Shown here: in pieces, positions 59,261-64,000 of the stretch
Position numbering within the stretch: position 1 is the stretch's first letter
How the letters are laid out: each line of letters opens with the position of its first letter
DNA from: an uncultured virus (IMG/VR IMGVR_UViG_3300027896_000030)
Taxonomy: Duplodnaviria; Heunggongvirae; Uroviricota; Caudoviricetes
Virus record (IMG/VR): IMGVR_UViG_3300027896_000030
Reading direction: 5' to 3' (one strand)
DNA: 64,000 nt
The notes under the pieces: generated by a model
Told to the model about the DNA's origin: nothing
What the model saw: the letters and a program-made list of their open reading frames with translations, nothing else
The model's database searches: none
Program-made: the position numbers and the translations under genes

Positions 59261-60742
59261 TTATACAGATTGAATGATGTTCAGAACTGAAATACCCTGA
59301 GGACGAACCAACTGAGTACCATAACGGCTCAGCACGGTTAAGCTAGGAATGTTCCCTAGGGGGTACGGCGTTAAGACAGCAGGCACGTACGGAGCGAAAA
59401 TATATACCGCTTTCATTTCCTCTACAGGCTTATAAAGACACAGCGTCTTACCCTGAGGAACTACTGGCGATACCAATACTTTCCACTTCCCATTTGCCAC
59501 AGTTGCTGATTCATATCCCATTGTGCCATCTTCATCACTCTTACCGGTGTAACGGAATTCTTGAAGTGATTCAAACACAGTTGCATCCAGAGGATTGCAT
59601 GCCAGCGTGTTAGCTGCTGCAATGTTGGTGTCTGTGTAGACTGAAGCTGATAGAGTGTTCAATACAGGCAGTACGTTCTCTAACCACTGTTTTGGACCCC
59701 ATGTATAATTAGCACTATAAGAAGCTGGGTTCTTATCGAATGTCAAATTGTGACTTGTTCCATTTAGTCTTTCGCAAGCATAAATGAGACTGTTGATGAT
59801 CTCACGATCGAGATCCAACACAATTTGCTGACCGATTACAGAAACCAACTCAGCTTGTACATCCACATTGAACAGGGCTTTGATGTCCTGCTCCATCTGG
59901 ATTGTCCACTCGGTGCTGATCTGACGATCACGAGCAACCAAGCGTAGCTTGTCAATATTAAATGTAACGCGGGGGTTAATTGTATTCTCTTCAAGAGAAA
60001 CAGTTGATGTAAATGCAATTAGAGAAATACCATTTGTTGCACCAAGAACAGATGATGTATTTAGAACACCAGTTAATAGATTAATATTACCAGTTAATGT
60101 ATCAGTTACTGTGGAGTTTGAGTTACTGATTGTTGCAGAAATATCACCGTCAACAGTAGGAGTGATTGATACGGCTACTACTTCTGTTCCTGCGCCCTTC
60201 TTAATCGTTACGCCAGTGATCGTGAAATCTTTTTCAATATGAGCAATATCAGAATTTAGACCAGCAAGAGCAAGAATATCTCTTTGACCAACAGCTACCA
60301 TCGATGTCAGAGGAACTGTGATATCTGGGCCACGGGAAATATCAGTGTTTGAAGGAGCCTGATAGGTCTTCGAATCACCGAATCTCTTGAACATGGCGCG
60401 TACGAAACCACGAACGATCTCTGGCTTATCCATAGGAATTACTGTTACCAATTCCTTGGCAATGGTCTTGGGGAAGAACACGCGCAGGAGTGGGAGAGCA
60501 AGTGTTTCGTAGGGGTTAAGCTGATACATTGAATTTTCGAGCAAGCATCTGCGAGTATTCTCAGCCAGTAATCTGAATGATGTAACATCATCAGAATTCT
60601 TAATACCTTCACTCAATGACTTGATGTAGGTATCAAAATGCTCGTCGTTAACCAGAATTTCTCTGATTGCGCCGGGTTTTGACGGATCAATACCCGTACT
60701 TTTCTTTGTAAAACTATAAGCTTCTTTTAGAAGTTTTTTCAT
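59261..60742 (-). CDS. Major capsid protein (T4 gp23-like HK97 fold)
   Basis: LLRVFFP..IAKELVTVIPM, R....EWT..MEQDIKA, LDLDREII, FAPYVP, SRYG. Confidence 0.85.
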   Translation of the reverse strand: MKKLLKEAYSFTKKSTGIDPSKPGAIREILVNDEHFDTYIKSLSEGIKNSDDVTSFRLLAENTRRCLLENSMYQLNPYETLALPLLRVFFPKTIAKELVTVIPMDKPEIVRGFVRAMFKRFGDSKTYQAPSNTDISRGPDITVPLTSMVAVGQRDILALAGLNSDIAHIEKDFTITGVTIKKGAGTEVVAVSITPTVDGDISATISNSNSTVTDTLTGNINLLTGVLNTSSVLGATNGISLIAFTSTVSLEENTINPRVTFNIDKLRLVARDRQISTEWTIQMEQDIKALFNVDVQAELVSVIGQQIVLDLDREIINSLIYACERLNGTSHNLTFDKNPASYSANYTWGPKQWLENVLPVLNTLSASVYTDTNIAAANTLACNPLDATVFESLQEFRYTGKSDEDGTMGYESATVANGKWKVLVSPVVPQGKTLCLYKPVEEMKAVYIFAPYVPAVLTPYPLGNIPSLTVLSRYGTQLVRPQGISVLNIIQSV

Positions 60743-60746
60743 GATT

Positions 60747-61163
60747 TTACTTATCTTTCTTAGTCTTTATTGTGGTTATTCTCTGAAGAAGAGCCAATCT
60801 CTTCTCCAATTCAACTACCGGCTGTCTATCTAAAGTTATAATAATTTCTGTCACAATTGATTTCACTTTTTCATTTAATGAATTACAATTCAATTTTTGA
60901 ATTTCTTGTAGTATCTTATTCTTTAAAGATTCTGCTACAATATCATTTTTCAATTTAAGAAATTTATTGTGATTTTCAGAAATTACTGTTCTTAACTTTT
61001 TGATCTCAGCCACGTTGTTTGAGAATTGTCCATGTTTTTTTCTTAAATCTTCATAAAACAGTGGAGCAACATGCTCAAGCAAATTATCAAACAAAAGAAT
61101 CTTTGATGCTTGATTGTTGTCAATCATGTTCGAATCTAGGATGTTAGTTTGGGTGATTTTCAT
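60747..61163 (-). CDS. Hypothetical head-module protein
   Basis: ATGA overlap; lies between protease and capsid genes. Confidence 0.55.
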   Translation of the reverse strand: MKITQTNILDSNMIDNNQASKILLFDNLLEHVAPLFYEDLRKKHGQFSNNVAEIKKLRTVISENHNKFLKLKNDIVAESLKNKILQEIQKLNCNSLNEKVKSIVTEIIITLDRQPVVELEKRLALLQRITTIKTKKDK

Positions 61164-61474
61164 TTCTTCACCCCCTGATTCAAACACAGCATTAAAGAAT
61201 CTTTCAACTTTTTGTTTTCGATTGTTTTTCGTTTTAACGTCTCATCTAAACGAGTAATTACTTTCTCTGATCTTAATTGTAAATCTTTTAATTTTTCAAT
61301 TTTAGTTATTGATTCATTTGTTTTAGATTCTAATAATTTTTTCGATTTAGATTTAACGATTTCAAAATTATCTTTTTCAAGAAAAATTTTGAACTTTTTA
61401 CAAATATCGTTCGAAATATTTGTATTATTTTTAATTTGTTCTTTATTTTCTAGATTTCTGACACTATTAGTCAT
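61160..61474 (-). CDS. Coiled-coil head-module protein
   Basis: AGGAG RBS. Confidence 0.55.
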   Translation of the reverse strand: MTNSVRNLENKEQIKNNTNISNDICKKFKIFLEKDNFEIVKSKSKKLLESKTNESITKIEKLKDLQLRSEKVITRLDETLKRKTIENKKLKDSLMLCLNQGVKK

Positions 61475-61515
61475 TTGGTATCTTTAACTCCTACAAACGA
61501 ATAATTTATATGGAT

Positions 61516-62211
61516 TTATACTGATTTGTATCTATTAACTAAATTAATTATTCTGCGTTCAACCAATTCATCAAAGTAGTTAGGAAGATAACATTTTCCG
61601 TTACTACAACAAATTAGTTGTTTTGATTCCTTGATAATATGAACAACATGTTCGTTACGAATCTCTTGAATTGTTGCTGAGTTGTGACTTGGTTCAGATA
61701 CGCTATCATATGTGATAACCATTAATGGAGCCAATACTTCTTGAAATGTTTGTCTATCTTCAACATCAGCTAGGCCACGAAGAGAAAAACCAACCGGAAC
61801 TCTATCCATAATTAAACCAGATAAAGTTTTTCCATTATTTGAATACGGGGTAGTTTCAATAACACCGCGAATGAATGATCCATCCCAACCCCATTCACGA
61901 ATGATATGAGAAACTTCTTTATACATAACAGTTGTCTGTCTAACTTGATCATCTGTAATAGGATGATCTAATTCGCCAACAAAACCACGTTTATCGATTT
62001 TAGCTTGAATCTTATTCATTGCTTCATCAAGAACCTTTTTAGGATATACTCTCTTATTTTGATTCTTAACATCAGCTTCTTGTAAATAAGCTTCAAAAAT
62101 AACTTTACCATCTGTATATCTTTTAACTTTTCCAGGAGCAGCAAAAACAGCAGACTCAACCAACAGATTAGAAAAAACTTTACCCTTTATTTGCTGTTGT
62201 TGTCTGTTCAT
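61516..62211 (-). CDS. Prohead core protease (T4 gp21-like)
   Basis: NQNKRVYP, GELDHP, VSHII, GFSLRG, YDSVSEPS. Confidence 0.9.
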   Translation of the reverse strand: MNRQQQQIKGKVFSNLLVESAVFAAPGKVKRYTDGKVIFEAYLQEADVKNQNKRVYPKKVLDEAMNKIQAKIDKRGFVGELDHPITDDQVRQTTVMYKEVSHIIREWGWDGSFIRGVIETTPYSNNGKTLSGLIMDRVPVGFSLRGLADVEDRQTFQEVLAPLMVITYDSVSEPSHNSATIQEIRNEHVVHIIKESKQLICCSNGKCYLPNYFDELVERRIINLVNRYKSV

Positions 62212-62226
62212 TTTTTATCCTTTAAA

Positions 62227-62508
62227 TTATTCTTTTGATTTAGCTACTTTATATCCTACAGTAGCTCCAATTGGCCCACCAATAACTGATCCAAAAGGAA
62301 GAGCTCCACCAATACCCCCACCAAGAGCCATTATTTTTAATTGCCTAGCTTTATTTAATAATTTTTGTTTTTTAACTGGATCTATTTCTTTTTCAGCTTC
62401 TCTCTTATATAGTAAAGAAGCAGCAAGTGGACCACCACCCCATACAGCAGCACCAGTTAATCCTTCGATAAGAGAAATCGTCTCAGCAATTTTTGTATAT
62501 TTCTGCAT
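62227..62508 (-). CDS. Small glycine-zipper protein, candidate virion-internal protein
   Basis: Class-2 motif at 62524; GGGIGG...GGPIGATVG. Confidence 0.55.
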   Translation of the reverse strand: MQKYTKIAETISLIEGLTGAAVWGGGPLAASLLYKREAEKEIDPVKKQKLLNKARQLKIMALGGGIGGALPFGSVIGGPIGATVGYKVAKSKE

Positions 62509-62553
62509 ATAAAATTATCCTCTTTTTATTTTGTTCTGATTTTTAAGATAATC

Positions 62554-63720
62554 TTATATTGATTTCATTTTAAAATGTTTTTCAACAAAAGCTGCAATAT
62601 CTTTAACTAACATATAATAATCTACAATGATATCATCAATCTGTTCTTTATATGTTTTTAAATTTTGAACAACTGTTCTGTATATACTAAAAGCTTCAGA
62701 TGTTATTTTAGCAACTTCTTGTAATTCTACATCTGGAGAATTTGTCAAAATTTTATCTAGTAAAGCTAATTTATAATATATTTTTTTAAGAACATACAAT
62801 CTACCAATTGCAGTTGGTGTTTTTGATGGTCCAGTTTCTATGGGTTGTCCGGTCATTGGATCTATTTGACCCGGCATTCCCATTCCTCCCATTCCACTAA
62901 CTCCACCCATCATTCCCATTTGTATTGCTTGTGGATCAGTAGTATCACCGAATCCCTTTAATGGATCTGGTTTTTGTGATTGAGCAATTGGTATTCCGGT
63001 GTTTGGATCTATTGTCGCAGGCATCCCTGTATTAGGATCTATTGCTCCACTTTGAATATTTGAATCTAGTGTTATTCCAGTATTTGGATCTGTTGCTACT
63101 GGTATTCCTGTATTAGGATCTATTATTCCTTGATCAGAACCTGACGATTTGTACTCGCCTATTCTTGATTGAATTTCTCTTGTCTGTGCTTGTAATCTAG
63201 CGATTTCAGCTTCTTCTTTTGATTGTGGTTTTTCACCAGCAACTTCAGCGACTGTTTCTTCACCAGCTTTTTGATCATTCTGTTGCTCTTCATCATCTTC
63301 ACCAGGAACTTTAGATAACTCTTCATCATTTTCTTCTTCATTAATCGAATTTTTAGTATCAATTGGTTCTAAAACATCTTCATCAATTGATTCTGGTTGA
63401 ACTTGTGTTGGGGGTTGCTGTGGCTGTACTTGTGGTTCATTAATTGGATTACCAGATGATAGATCAACATCTGTGGGTTTTTTTACATCTACAGTTTTAA
63501 CTTCTGCTTTATGATCTACTTCTTTTTGTTTTAATTTAGCATTATCTAATTTAGCAGTTTGAATTTGATTTTTTGCTCTTAATAGTTCTGCTTTAGTTCT
63601 AATTATTTCAGCTTTCTTTTTAATAGCTACGATCTTAGGATTATTTCTAAAATCTGCTATCGTTTCAGTCTTAGATGCTTCATTAATTAAAATCTCGCTC
63701 ATTAATTTAAAATTATTCAT
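62554..63720 (-). CDS. Putative prohead core/scaffold-like protein
   Basis: Acidic low-complexity middle region, DPNTG repeats, position between portal and protease. Confidence 0.5.
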   Translation of the reverse strand: MNNFKLMSEILINEASKTETIADFRNNPKIVAIKKKAEIIRTKAELLRAKNQIQTAKLDNAKLKQKEVDHKAEVKTVDVKKPTDVDLSSGNPINEPQVQPQQPPTQVQPESIDEDVLEPIDTKNSINEEENDEELSKVPGEDDEEQQNDQKAGEETVAEVAGEKPQSKEEAEIARLQAQTREIQSRIGEYKSSGSDQGIIDPNTGIPVATDPNTGITLDSNIQSGAIDPNTGMPATIDPNTGIPIAQSQKPDPLKGFGDTTDPQAIQMGMMGGVSGMGGMGMPGQIDPMTGQPIETGPSKTPTAIGRLYVLKKIYYKLALLDKILTNSPDVELQEVAKITSEAFSIYRTVVQNLKTYKEQIDDIIVDYYMLVKDIAAFVEKHFKMKSI

Positions 63721-63721
63721 C

Positions 63722-64000
63722 TTAGAATCCTCCACCCATTCCACCAAGAACACCACCCATTCCACCATTATCAGGTGGCGCTTCTGTTAATTCTTGCTTA
63801 AGTTTTTCCATAGCTGCAAATTTTTCAATCTCATCCCAATCAAGATGTGGCAAGTATTTCTTTTTCATATATTCAACAGGAACACCCAATGCTTTAAGTG
63901 CTTCTATTAATCTTTGCATTTGTTCAACATATTCCATCTGGTGTTCATATGGACTAATTCTTGGTTCTTGGAATGTAATTTTTACTAAATCTAACTTTTC
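63722..64000 (-). CDS. Probable portal protein C-terminus (T4 gp20-like), truncated by the window
   Basis: Open to the window edge; ITF.EP...EYMKKKYL...DEI; synteny with protease and capsid genes. Confidence 0.55.
   Translation of the reverse strand, partial: EKLDLVKITFQEPRISPYEHQMEYVEQMQRLIEALKALGVPVEYMKKKYLPHLDWDEIEKFAAMEKLKQELTEAPPDNGGMGGVLGGMGGGF

Overview
AT-rich 64 kb segment of a large tailed dsDNA phage with a T4-like head module, standard genetic code. The left ~20 kb is a mosaic of small cassettes (conserved TATATATATTAA promoter-like motif, gene(s), intrinsic terminator), interleaved with genes behind a second motif, GAA(C/T)AAA(T/A)TAAAA. The middle carries a signal-peptide-bearing adhesin/fibre module with a GC-rich swapped segment, tRNA-Leu(UAA) with a group I intron, a ~1.15 kb ORF-free and highly base-paired RNA-like region, and nucleotide-metabolism genes. 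The right part carries KhpA, a LamG fibre protein, a glycosyltransferase cluster, an autotransporter-repeat protein, major capsid protein, prohead protease and the probable portal C-terminus. About ten free-standing homing-endonuclease-like genes are scattered throughout. Top candidate for a new or little-described system: a stand-alone Cas7/RAMP-like gene (5833-6537) followed by a ~580 nt non-CRISPR array of 15 units with 5-nt NGY-NN periodicity and unit lengths of mostly 5n+1, suggesting a minimal RNA-guided system (VIPR-like). All protein calls are from motif recognition by eye; no searches were run.
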